A DNA stretch of 64,000 nt from Selaginella moellendorffii. Lineage: Eukaryota; Plantae; Lycopodiophyta. Shown here one piece after another: positions 49,165 through 62,200 of this stretch. A model generated the notes under the pieces. The model was given only the letters and a program-made list of their open reading frames with translations, was not told the DNA's origin and ran no database searches. The position numbers were made by a program, and so were the translations under genes. Within the stretch, counting starts at the first letter, position 1. Every line of letters begins with the position of its first letter. The stretch is from the NCBI RefSeq assembly GCF_000143415.4, contig NW_003314372.1, forward strand, positions 402,053 to 466,052, given 5' to 3'.

Positions 49165-51433
49165 ATGGAGCTTAAAACTTTGATGTCGGTGGTCTTACTG
49201 CTACTAGCAATGATCCGAATAGCAGTTTCTTGGGCTGATAAAAACAGCCTACAAGATGCAATGGCGCTTATGGAATTTAAGTCGACTGTCTGGTACGATC
49301 CACTAAATACTTTTGCGACATGGCAGGCCACTGGGGTACTAGGCGAGCACCCATGTAACTTTAAGGGTGTCGAATGTGATATGCGTCGCATGAGGATAAA
49401 GTATGTAGATATCTCGGGATGCCAGCTGCGAGGGATTGTTCCTTCAGTACTCGGTAACATAACGCTGGCTTGGGGATTTAACCTTAGTCACAATGAGTTT
49501 ATTGGGACAATTCCTAGAGGCTTTGGGAGGATGCCAAATCTTAAATATCTCGACCTGAGCAACAACTTTCTCACGGGTAAGTTTACTGTTTTTTATTTTA
49601 TTTTATTTTATTTGTTGTATTTTCGTTATTGTTTTAAGTTCATTATTAAGTAGTCTCTACGTTGGATCTGCAATTGCGCTTTTTCTCGTCTTTCAGTCTA
49701 CTTCTTGCAATAGCTTGTTGTTCTTGTTGTTGTTTCAGGGTTTATGCCAACCGATCTTGCCAAGCTGCAGTTTTTAAACTTCTACAGCCTCGCAAATAAC
49801 CAGCTTACGGGCTTCCTTGGCTTCCTCAACATGTCGAGTCTTAGACGTCTTGATCTGTCTAACAACAGTTTTAGGGGACCCGTTCCAGAAAGTTATGGTA
49901 CATTACTGCCTAACCTCACCCAATTAGATTTGTCAAGGAATAAGCTCACCGGTCCGATACCCAAATCACTTGGATATTTAGATGACCTTCGCAGGCTTGA
50001 CCTCTCTCGCAACTTGCTTACTGGCAACATTCCTTACTCGCTCGCTATGGCAACAGGACTTAATATGCTCAGACTAAAGTATAACTTTCTTACAGGGATT
50101 GTTCCAGACACTGACACCATGCGCTTGTTTGCAAAAGCCTTTTTCCCTGGAAATGATGGACTCTGTGGACCAGTGGTAGAAAGAGCATGTCCAAGCTCGC
50201 AGGTCTGGAAGCAAGTCGTTATGGGACTGTTTCTTCCTCCACTAATACTTTCAGTCGTTACTGGAGTAGTGTATTTGGTGGCTCCTCCGGACGAGTTCTC
50301 ACTTTCAACTATCAGGAGCGTTACGGATAACTTTAACAACAATAAGATTCTCGGTGATGGAGGTCTGTGCACGATTTACAAAGGCGTCTTTCTAAATGGT
50401 AAGACAGTAGCTGTAAAGCGGCTCCGGCCTGAGTATTACAATGACAACAACAAGATCTTTGACGAGGAACGTAGGTTTTTGAAAGCCGTGAATCATCCAA
50501 ACATTGTCAAGTACCTTGGAGCGTGTTCCAGTCCAAGGCTTAAGGTCTTGGTGTACGAGCATATGGCCAATGGAACCTTGGATATGCACTTACACAAGGA
50601 AAGAGGAGGCCTGTCAAGCTTGTCATGGAGTTCACGAATGAATATCGCTGCTGGAGTGGCACAGGGGTTGGCGTATTTGCATGGTGAGTGGAATGAGCCT
50701 CAAGCCATGCATTGTGATCTTAGAGGAAGGAGTGTTCTTCTAGATGATAAGTTCAATGCACACATTAGTGATATCCGTTCGAAAAACACAAGCCTAGCAT
50801 TCACTAATCCAGAGAAAAGCATTGGAACATCAACTGGCTATCTGCCTCCAGGTGAACACACTTTCATTTCTCTTGTTTCTTTTTACTCCTTTTTTCTCAT
50901 TTATGTATCACGGATGGAGCAGAGTATGCTACAGACATTGAGCCTACTACCGAGGGAGAAGTTTTCAGCTTTGGTACTTTACTTATGGAGCTCTTGACAG
51001 GGACAGAACCAGCAGCTCCAGTAGAAAATGATGTTGAAGGTGGCCTTCAAGGAATTATGGAACGAGCTTTCCCCGATAATCTCCAGTCTGTACTTGACCC
51101 AGCTATTATGGGTGGAGCCTCCTATGATCAAATTGTCTTGTGTACAAAGATAGCTTTAGATTGCACCAAGGCAAATCCCGAGGAAAGACCAAAGATGGAG
51201 GATGTTCTTAGGATGTTTGAGCAAGCGTACTCTGTCGGCCCAGCGTATGCTTCTGCTTTTACTATTTTTAGTAATATATGCTCTTCACATAATACAGACC
51301 TGCGCCTTCTGCTGCTTCAACACTGCTGAAGTCGACAGAGACGTCGAGGCTACTTGGATGGCCAACTGTTTGGGGCAGTTTCACAAAAAATGTCCTTGGA
51401 ATCAAATCATGTTTATATTCGGCCATTCATTGA
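49165..51433 (+). CDS. LRR receptor-like (pseudo)kinase 1; exons 49165-49576, 49739-50851, 50923-51244, 51298-51433
   Basis: Signal peptide, LRR N-cap, plant LxxLxLSxNxLTGxIP repeats, GNDGLCG C-cap, TM helix and kinase fold (VAVK, HPNIVK). GT-AG introns are at the same positions as in the paralogue. Confidence 0.93.
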
Positions 51434-52299
51434 TAGAAAATTCAGATTTTTGGTATGGCATCTCCTTCATAAACAGCTTAGGCAGAAGGCAACAGTTTTC
51501 TGCACCAGGGACTCCACAATGGCAATCACGGTATTATTTTCCTAACATTCGTTAAATAGAATTACTTTGGGTTATAACCTGAAAAGTTCCATCTTTGAGC
51601 ATGAGCTAGAGCGATGTGAATAGATCCAGAGGCATTGAGGTCACACCACTCTAGCTCATGCCCAACCTTTTCACTTAGAGGCAGCAGGCAGCAAAGAAAG
51701 GAATCGACTCAAATCGTTTGTGGCCAGAATGATGCCAGGTATATATTATTCTCACTGTGCTGCAATAGCATGTACTTGTTATGGTCAAACGCCCAAGGCT
51801 CTAACTAGGTTTATCTAGAGCAAAGATGTCAAGACAAATGCCAAGTGGCAGCAGGCTGCTGATATGTAAACAAGAAAATGAAGGGAAACAAGAAAATGTG
51901 CAAAGAGAAAATATAAAAAGAAATTGATGCAAAGAAAAATAAAGGAGAAAGTCGTTAGAACGACAGAGAACCAAACCTGAACTCTAGTCTCAGGAACTGT
52001 GGATCGTGTTATAGTGCAGTCGCTAGTCCAACCTCAAGAATTTTGTCAAGAGGGGAAAAAGAGGAAGCCATTACCTTGTGATGGAACAGCAGTGGATGAT
52101 GCAAATGGTAAAAAATGTTGCTAGTTGGTGGAATGATGGATGAGGGGCTAGAGTGTGATTGTTTCCTTCCATTTTTCCGTGAAGATTAGTGTATGATTGT
52201 GATGTTATGGTGATGACTAGGTACACATGGTAGTTGGGTAGGCCAAGTTTAGGGTTCTTGGCAACAATGAGTCTTGGATAGTGCAGGGATGATAAGACA

Positions 52300-52600
52300 A
52301 GGATCCTGTTGAGGGCGGGAGTGAAGAGGGCTCAATCAATTTAGTTTTGGTCTTTCCCTTGAGCATTGTAAGTGTTTTTACTTAAAATACGATCATGGAC
52401 CTCGCTCGGGCATATGCCCATTTTAATGCTGCTACAACAGTGCAAGGAGTGTGGAGAACTTGATGTTAAGCATGTATTGTGGGAGTGTGACATGGCAAGG
52501 ACAGTATGGGGGCCAATAGTGAAGGTGATGCAAGAAGTGTGAACTCTTCAAGATTTTGAAATTCAGGAAGGGGACGTGCTCCACTAGTTTGAAGGAGTAA
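52300..52600 (+). mobile_element. Degenerate L1-type LINE remnant (zf-RVT region); boundaries approximate
   Basis: 52441-52510 translates as CKECGELDVKHVLWECDMARTVWG, matching the CxxC..H....C..A..VW pattern. Confidence 0.6.
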
Positions 52601-53540
52601 GAGGACTGAGTACATGTCCTGCATGGCAGCTAGGGCCGGAACAGATGGGGGGTCTTAAGCACATTGGGACCCCATAGGAGTAGAACTGGCAATTTCGGTT
52701 TGGGAAGCAGCGGGCAATGATTGCTGGGCAACATGGAGAGTGATGGGGGTGCAAGTGCCGTGGGAAGCTTGCAATCAGAACCACTTTGAGGGAAAACAAG
52801 TGAGGATCTCAGCAATCATTGCAGTGTGGTAGCGACTAACATTGGCGGTGGTTCGTTTGCACTACTCCATTCAAGAGGGCACAGGAAAACCGGAGAGACC
52901 ACGTGTGAAGCCTAAAGTGAGTAGGAGCATTGCCTCGTGTAGTAGAATCACCACAGATGGGCAGCCTTGGTGACTCACCCATCCTCCCAGCCATGTACAT
53001 AGCACCAACAGTTGTTATGCACTTGCGTCTTTGTGGTAGAGACACCCATGAGACACTCCCCTAAACACTTGATACTGAAGGGATGGAATAAAGATAAGTA
53101 TAGCACTGAGATGAGTCTATCCCACCTAAGCTGAAATGCAGCCTCCTAGTTGTGAGGCAAGCCTTTGGCAAAATACGTCTGCTCAGTACGTTCAGAATCC
53201 TCCCAGGGCTCGGCTTGCATTAGCTTGACCCCAGGCATATGATATCTTCCTGTGAAGGGAGGCCAGTCCGTCAAGCTCCTCGGACTGGCCACGTGTCACT
53301 TGGTGACACATGGATGCCCATGAGGTACTGCAACTTCCCCATGGTTCAGCTACTCCCCAGTGGTTGCCCACTTAGCCTTGCTTCATGTTGGGTCGGGTCG
53401 GGTTGGTTGTTTCACAAACACTGGAAGAAGGATCTAGAAAATCACTAAAACTGGCAGGAATTTATTAATCAATATTTTTATGGTGGAATGACTCTCTCAC
53501 CACAGAATCATTTGAATAGCACCACTATAGAGTGTTTGTT

Positions 53541-54408
53541 TCACTTAAACTTATATGGTTTGTGAACATAATGATAGAGTTCCCAGTGGTAGTCCTCAGA
53601 CGCATCTGATTTTTTTGGTGGAAGGGCTGAAATTGGCCGGGCTGCTTCAATGGCAACAACGGGCATCTTGGGCGGCTCCGGCGGAGCAGTACAGGGCCTT
53701 GGAGGACTACGCACCAGGAATGGCTGAGGCTTAGCTGGTATATTCATCTGTTGCACCTTCTGCCAGTTGATAACATTTAGATTTCTTGTGCCTGACATTT
53801 TGCTCTGGATCCTCAGCCTCCTCAATCCTGCTCTCCACCTGTGCATGAGGCGAATGAAAATTAAGATACTGTCAAGATGCTTTTCAAACTCGCACGTTGC
53901 CATTTCTTCCAAGTATTTGAGCTTTTGGCCTTCGTAACCATCATCATATTCCATGCTAATAAAGTTGTAAGGCGCCCCTCCCTTGTTCGGATGCTTTTCC
54001 TTGATCCTTAAGAAATAATCGCTCCTCAGCTTTGTCTCCCATTGCTTCTCTCTTTCCTCGTATACTTTTTGATCTCTATACGCTTGATGAGCTCCACGAA
54101 AAACCCTTTGTTTCTGAAGGAAAATTTCTGAAGGAAAATTTCCGAACCTTCCAATCCTTTATTACCTCTTGCTTCACTTTTCTCGCGTTATTGTCAGCTC
54201 GAAGCAATGAGTCAAAGTCTTTGTCCAACCTGCACTCATCCGGAGCATAATGAGTGCATTCTTGAGGCGGTTCCACAAGCTCCTTCGTTCTATATACGGT
54301 ATGGCGCACAAATCCAAACGTTCTACTGGCCAGCCTTCGTTTCTCCAGAATGTCAAGGTCTTTTGCATTCATATGCTTGCCGCTGTCCGAAGTGACAATT
54401 GCAGCCAT
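53541..54408 (-). CDS. Hypothetical protein; exons 54166-54408, 53896-54113, 53541-53838
   Basis: Two GT-AG introns (52 and 57 nt) join the two track ORFs into one stop-free frame with a Pro-rich C-terminus. Confidence 0.7.
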
Positions 54409-54704
54409 TTTCAACAAAGCTTTTAAAGAAAAGACGCTTTTCCTTGCTTCTCGAAATTGAAGGAAGAGATAGCTGATGAAAACTTCCATATTGGACGGCG
54501 CGCCATGGATGAAACGGTTTCGCTGCCACGCAACCTAATCTCCAGATGATTTCCCTCGGCGCCTCCACATCAACAGCTTAAAACCATCTTACGGGTCAAC
54601 CTTACCGTGGCTAGAAATCTCAATCCAAAAAGGAGGAAATTATTACAAGCTGCCACGTATTACATTTTTATTGGCTAGTCAGATAGAGCTACCAAGGGTT
54701 TGCT

Positions 54705-56863
54705 ATGGCGCCCAGTGCTGCACTGATATTATTGGGATTTCTCACAGCGATCCAAGTCGCGATGTCAAGAATTGATGGATACAGTCTTAAGGACGCCCAG
54801 GCACTCGTTGCATTTAGAGCCACAGTCTGGTATGATCCACTTAATATTTTCGCCAGCTGGCATGTCACCGGCGTAGTAGGCGAGCATGCCTGTAACTTCA
54901 AGGGCGTTGAATGCGATAGAAACCTCTACAGAATCAAGTACGTGGATATTTCGGGGTGCCAGCTGCGAGGAATTGTGCCTGCAGTTCTTGGCAACATAAC
55001 ACTCGCTTGGGGATTCAACCTTAGTAACAATGAGTTTATGGGGCCTATTCCCAGAGGCTTTGGCAGAATGCCAAATCTCAAGTATCTTGATCTCAGCAAC
55101 AACTTGCTTACTGGTAAGAGCATTTGCAACACGCTGATCTAACGATTTCCTGGCAGGAGGCATGCCTCCCGATGTTGGTAGGCTGCGTTACGTAGGGTAT
55201 TACAGCCTCGCAAATAACCTCCTCAGTGGCTCGCTCGGCTGGCTCAACATAACCTGGTTAAATCACCTCGACCTTTCGGGCAACAGTTTTAGGGGATCCA
55301 TTCCGGTTACCTACTGTGCGTTGCTGAAAAACATTAGTTATTTAAACTTGGCAGAAAACAAGCTCGTCAGTCGGATACCTGAAAACATTGGATACTTACC
55401 AAACCTTCGCTGGCTCGACCTTTCAGACAATAAACTCACCGGCAACATTCCTTACTCCCTCACCATAGCAACACAAATCAAGAAGCTAAGGCTCATGAAC
55501 AACTCACTTTCTGGTAAAGTCCCAGACACGCAAACCATGCGATTGTTTGCCATGACGGCGTTTTTCCCCGGGAATGATGGACTTTGCGGATCAGTACTGG
55601 GTAAAGAGTGTAGTCCTTCGGGCTTGTGGAAGAAAATTGTGATGGGTATCTTTCTTCCAGCTCTCATACTTTCGGTGCTTACAGGAATCTTGCACGTCGT
55701 GAAACCTCCGGACGAGTATTCGCTGCGAACCATCAGGAGGATCACTGATAATTTTAACAACAACAAGATTCTCAGCGTGGGAGGCTTGTGGACAATTTAC
55801 AAGGGAGTCTTTTTCAATGGTAAGACAGTGGCTGTTAAGAGGGTCCGTCCAGAGTATTATAACGGAGAGGGGAAACTTTTTGAAGAGGAACGCAAGTTCC
55901 TCAAGGCCATGAGTCATCCCAACATTGTTAAGTACCTTGGAGCGTGCTCTACCCCGAAGCTCAAGGTTTTGGTATACGAGCATATGTCCAATGGAAGCTT
56001 GGACATGCACCTACACAAGGAAAGAGCAGGCATTTCCAGCTTGTCATGGAGTTCGAGAATGGATATTGCTGCTGGAGTAGCTCAGGGATTAGCGTACTTG
56101 CATGGGGAGTGGAAAGAACCTCAAATGCATTGCGATCTCAATGGCAGCAGTGTTTTGCTCGATGACAAGTTCAACGCACGCATTGCTGATATCCGCTCAA
56201 AGAACGCCAGCAAACATTTCACTAGCCTAGAGACCAACATTGGAAGGTCAACCGGATATCATCCTCCGGGTGAAAAATGTGATTTCTTTTTTATGACTTG
56301 TTTCTCACTTATAATTTTGGCCGTGCATTTCAAGGGTGGAGCAGAGTATTCGATAACAAATGAGCCTACCCCGGAAGGCGAAGTTTTCAGCTTTGGAACT
56401 TTGCTTATGGAGCTCTTGACAGGAACAGAAGCGGCTGGTCCAGTGAAAAATGGTGTGAAAGGAGGGCTTCAAGGAATCATGGACAGAGCATTTCCCGATA
56501 ATCTCCAGTGTGTGCTCGACCCAGCGATACTAAATGGCGCGTCCCATGATCAAATTGTCCTGTGTACTAAAATTGCATTAGATTGCACAAGGACAAATCC
56601 TGAAGAACGACCCAAGATGGAGCATATTCTTGGCATGTTTGAGCAAGCATATTCTACCGGCCCAGCGTAAGCTTTTCTTTTAGTTTTTCCGCTCTTATAG
56701 TTATTCGTAGTACAGGCCTATGCAATCTACGGCTTCATCGCTGCTCAAATCCACTGAGACATCGAGGCTGCTTGGATGGCCAACTGTTTGGAGCAGCCTC
56801 ACAAAAAATTTGCTTGGAATCAAGCCTATTTTGCCTTCGCTCAACCAGGTACGGATACCTTGA
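54705..56863 (+). CDS. LRR receptor-like (pseudo)kinase 2; exons 54705-55113, 55157-56269, 56345-56666, 56716-56863
   Basis: Paralogue of 49165-51433 with the same architecture and intron positions (introns of 43, 75 and 49 nt). Confidence 0.93.
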
Positions 56864-59229
56864 AATCCGTGCAATGAAAAGCTACCTTGTAAAGTTGCTC
56901 ATTTCAGCAAGACTGAGAAGATTTCTGCTTTCTGATGCTTTATCCTTTTATCTTTTCGCTAGATAGACTGTGAAAGAAAGGCTAGTCATGATTAGGAGCA
57001 ATTTAAAGTAGAAGATAGCAAACTTAAGGTGGCACCTAAACTCTAGACAGTGCCTCAAGCCAGATCACACCAAGGCTATAGCTGCCTATATTTTAATCGC
57101 TTCCGTTTTAGAAAATGTTATTTGTGGCTTGTGAGTGGCAAGAGGTTGTTATAGCTGTCTATGGTACCCTTAGCCTGCTAAAAAACCCTCAAGCGCGGAT
57201 GCCAAATGCATAATGGCTTTGGAACAAAAAGTAATACTCTGAGTGTGCTGCTCCACGCAAAAACCAAGATTTGGAGTCCAAAACTGTCATGAATCAATGA
57301 GACATATCTGATGATGCTCAATTCTGGGTTGTCATGAAAGAAATGAGTCTGGAAGCGAGTAAATGCCACTCCAACCAAATCGATCTTATACCGAGCATCC
57401 ACTGCCAGTGCCTCGTTTTTGTTTGGCTCAACCAGGGTGCCCATTGCAGTCTTTGCATCCTTCTTGCTCACCTCCTTCCTGAGTCGTGAAATGTTCGAGT
57501 TGATGTTTTCATGCGGGTTATATCTTCTAAGAGAGCAGTGGTGTCGAGAGCAGCTCCAATGAGGGCCAAGGATTGTGGGGCTGCAACAAGCAAGGGAAGG
57601 AGGCTGTGGTGACTATGACAGTGACTAGAGGTGTATGCAGATTTTTCCTGTATATGAGTGTCTTAGGAGCTTTTTTTGTGGCAGACAGATGGAGAGGATA
57701 TTGGGCAAGAAGGACATCTGAATATTGGGTTAAGGTGCTATTTTTATGTTGGAGGAAGTTGGTCCTTGTATTTTATTCCAGGGTTTTGGTTCCACAACAA
57801 AATTTTGAAATGTTACAAGATGTGTTCTGATTTTACACCGGAGTTTAACGGCATACAGGCTGATATGAACAATACCTGGTGGGAGCACTGGGCGTTCATG
57901 GCACAACACGGTATGTTAACTTTTATGTCTTTCTTTAGGTATGACATGCAGCACATTGAAAGATTGTGAAAGGAGTTCTATGAAAAAGTGATGTGGCTCT
58001 ACTTGTGTTCTACTCCAGTCCATGGAGAAAAGGAATATTTCAACCCAAGAAACAGGATTCATATTCATTACTTGCATGCAGTACTCATTCACAAATTGCA
58101 GCACTGAACTTTCCAATGGGTGGATTGCCGGAACCTCCACAAAACATGTTTCTGCAACCATGGGCCAGGCTTTCTGTCCAGTTACCAACCTGAAAATTCA
58201 TTTAGACCAGCCGAACAAATACCACCTTTAATTCCACCTCCAAGAATGCAATATTACCCTTTTGATCTACAGAATCATTTGTCCCTTGGCAACATAAAAT
58301 CTATCCTCCGGGATCTCGAAAGAGTTAGAGACAAGGCTTTCTACCTGAATTCAGATGCAAGAACACCTTTGGAGCAGCGGTATGAGATGCATCTTAACCT
58401 CGTGCTACATAGTAGATGCCCAGAAACAGCCTGTGGCAGCACATGTGCTCAGCATCCTCCATCGCAATGATGTTGAGCAAGAGCCAGGTGCTCAGCTATT
58501 GTATGCCTTGTAATTCCCATGAAAAACATAGCACAATCCCAGAAAAAAAAAAAAGAAAAAAAGAAACACGTCAACCATGTAATATAGCACAATCAACCAG
58601 TAAAAGGAACATTTGTAACCCCTAATACCCTAACAGATAGCTATACCAGTAGAGGGATGTGGATTCAACTTACATCTCAGACTACTTCCTTCTTAGCAGT
58701 GGCATCTTGCCAATACCTCCTTGTCTCTTGAGGCATGGCAGATTGATTGGGATCGGAGCTGACAATTGCATGATCTTGATAGCCTCTCCAAGAGTTATCC
58801 TAGGCACTAAAAAATCTCTAGCACTACTGCAAAACTCTTCAGCATTCTTGTGTTGGCCCGAAAGGCCATAGCTAGTTGTGGCTAAGAGTGGTGATAGTCC
58901 TTCCTTTGCCGCACCTCCATTTGCACCTAGGTGGATAAACCAGCCATCAAGTTCTCAGCTACCGTCTGTGGCTCTTACCAGGTGTTGGAGTTTGTGCTAT
59001 GTTGGTGGCTGGCTAGGAGTCACCTTCCTTCTGAGGACTGTCATTCAAATCTTGCAGCTCAATAATGCTACTCTCCCCAACTGATAATTGGGCTTGTGGA
59101 TCGACCTGAAGGTGTATTATGAAGTAATATCAGGGAAAAAACAAGGGAGACAAGAACTCACATTCACAGTGACACAAACCACAGAAATATTCCAAGAATA
59201 TTTCCATGGCCTAGGAAATTTAAGATTGG

Positions 59230-62200
59230 AATGCCTTAAGGGTTAAGAGGTTAGCCTATGTTCAACATCGGTCAAAAGGAGGCTCAAAGGTATATTAAGG
59301 CATGTTAGGGTAAGGAACTTAATTTACCCTAAGGCTCACAATGGAGTGGCAGCGCAGTGGAGCTTTTGAGGTAGCTCAGGAGTGGTTAGGTGGTGAGGAA
59401 CCTTAAGAGGTAGTGTAGTGTAGTTTAGGGAGACTAGATCTTTGTCTTTTTTGTGATAGATCATAACATTGGTATTAAAGGAGTTGGTTGTGATGGCTGA
59501 CCATTGTTGATAGTGGTGCTGATGATGGTGCTAATGGAGTTCCAAAGATTTGGACCATTCAAGATGTTCTTTATGAGTTGTGAGCCCTTAATCAAAATTA
59601 GTAAAAGATGCAAGACAAAAAGCATGGCATGATGCATACTATGCATGAATGTGTTGAGGCACTCAAGGCTAGGCGTGGTGGTGCTCCAAGTAAGCCTTCC
59701 TTTGTAGATTGGCTCAAGATTCCAACCTTTTCCAGTGATGGTGGTGTGGATGAGTGTTTTGCTTGGCTAGCCAATGTGAAGATCTTGACAGCTAGATGAA
59801 CTCCAAATGCAGAGGCTTTAGTGGTTATTCTAATGGTTTTATGTGATGCAGGTCTTTAGTGGTGGAATTGGTTTGAGGAGAGTCTTGTGTTGCGGATAAG
59901 AAACCACTAGTGTTTACCATAGATGAATTTGAGGCTGCTTTTCATTTACATTTTGCCCCTCACTATGACATGGAGAATGCTTACACAGAACTTTGAAATT
60001 TTCAGCAAGGGAAATGGCATTCGGAGACTATATTGAGAAGCTTACTCACTTGATTAGCTGTGTTCCAATGAAAGATCTAAATCAGAAAAAGTCCTACTTC
60101 ATTGATAGCCTTCATAATGAGAGCATGCAACAAGACTTGCATCATTCTTAGCCTACAAAGAGTTTGGAGGAGCTCTTTGATATAGCTCGTCTACTTGACA
60201 ATGACAAGCACAAATCTCACAAGTGTTTGAGGAGTCCTTCTATCGAGAATTGTCATGATGATCTCCGTGGACACAAGGATGGGAATAAGCACCACAAACT
60301 AAAGTCTATGGTGGCAACTTTGAATACAAGAAGTAGAAGTTTTTTATAAAGAATTATAGATAGGGTTGTCATCATTGCAGCGAGTTCAGACACTACAAGG
60401 CTGATTATCCAAAGATGAAGAACAAACAACAGGGCAAGAAGAATGGCCAATCTTCTACTGATGGTAAGTCAGATACTAAAAAATTGCAAACTTTTTAGCA
60501 TGAGGAAGATGGGGACAATCGTTCCGGTCGGAGGAAGAGGCTTTTGATTGTTGCTTATCGACTTAACTGTGTGTGGAACAAGATGGAGCTTGAGGACACT
60601 TGTGAATCAGCTTTAATGCTGAAGGGCATGTTCCATGGTAGTCTAGTTCAGATTTTATTGGATAGTGGGAGCAATGACAACTTTGTTTCAACAAAGTTTG
60701 TTACGAAGCATGGCCTAGTGACACGAAGAGTTCTTCCATACATAATGGAAGGTGTAGTTACTTTTGCTCAACATTTCAATGCTTGTGTAGAGGGGTTGGA
60801 AGTGTTGGTTGGCAAAACCACACTTGTGGAGTCCTTTTATCTTGCAAATATCCATTGTGTGGATGTCATTCTTGGGATGTCATAGTTGGTGAAGGTGAAT
60901 CCAGAGATAAAATGGAGTATTAAGGGTGTCTTGTTGGAGTATAATGGCATTAAAAGATGTGTGGTTTGGAGAGGGAGTTCAACCTCCAATTGTTATGCGC
61001 TCTGCTACATCTTTGAAGAGGGCTTGGCATAGTGGAAAAGAACTTTTGAATTACTTACTGTTTATTTGTGACTTGGGGGACTAAGGCACGAAGCAGTAGT
61101 ACAGGATGTACTCAATGAGTTTTTTTGATGTTTTTCCATCTAAACTTCCTCATAGGTTGCCTCCATTACAAGGTGTGGAGCATGGGATTACGTTAGAGAT
61201 GGGGACACAATTAGTTTACGAGCATCCATTTCGGTTAAGTTATGTGAAGGAGCAAGAAGTTCAATAACAAGTTAAGGAGTTACTTGAGTTCAGATTTATT
61301 CAGCCAAATAAATCTCCATTTGGTGTTCCAGTCTTACTTGTGAAGAAGAAGGACAGTGAAGGATGTGTATTGACTACTATGCCTTGAACAAGAAGACAGT
61401 GAAGGATAAAATACTGATGTTGCGGGTGGATGATATTTTAGACAAGCTTGGTGAAGCACAAGTGTTTACCAAGATTGATTTGACGAATGCACTAGCCACA
61501 TTAACTCAGTTAATGACAGAGGTATTTGGGCGTTATCTTCATGAGTTTGTAGAAATTTTCTTATATGATATTCTTGTTTTCAGCAAGAATATGGAGCATA
61601 AGATGCATTTGCACAAGGTTCTTTTGTCACTATGTGACAACAAACTTTATGCAAAAAAGAGCAAATGTGAGTTTGCAAAATCAAAGGTGGAATATTTAGG
61701 CTATATTGTGATATCTAAGTGTGTCAAGACACATCCTAGAAAGGTGGTTGTGGTGGAGAATTGGCCTACACCATTTTTAATGGCCAAGTTATGTAGCTTC
61801 CTTAGTATAGCTAGTTACTACTGATTTTCCAGTATAAATTTGTGTAGGTGGCTATTCCTTTGACATGGTTATTACACAAAAACATGCCATTCGAGTGGAA
61901 GAAGCCACAAGAGGAGAGTTTTGTGGTGTTGAAATGGTTATCGAGTGAAGCTCTAGTGCTTTGCATTATTGATCCATCAAAACCTTACAAAGTGACATGT
62001 AATGCGAATGGTTAAGCATTAGGAGGAGTTCTCATGCAAGAGGGACAGTCTATTGCATATAAGAGTCAAACTTTGAATCTTGCAGAGCAATGTTATTCCA
62101 CATATAAGCAAGAGTTACTCTCCATTGTTCATGCTTTGTAGACGTGGTGGCACTATTTTTATGGTGCAATGTTTATGGTGTTGATGGATCACAAACCTCT

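Noticed and set aside
57178-59084. Short ORFs and possible exon fragments (e.g. 57178-57471, 58120-58470)
   Set aside because: There is no recognisable domain and I could not build a consistent splice model.
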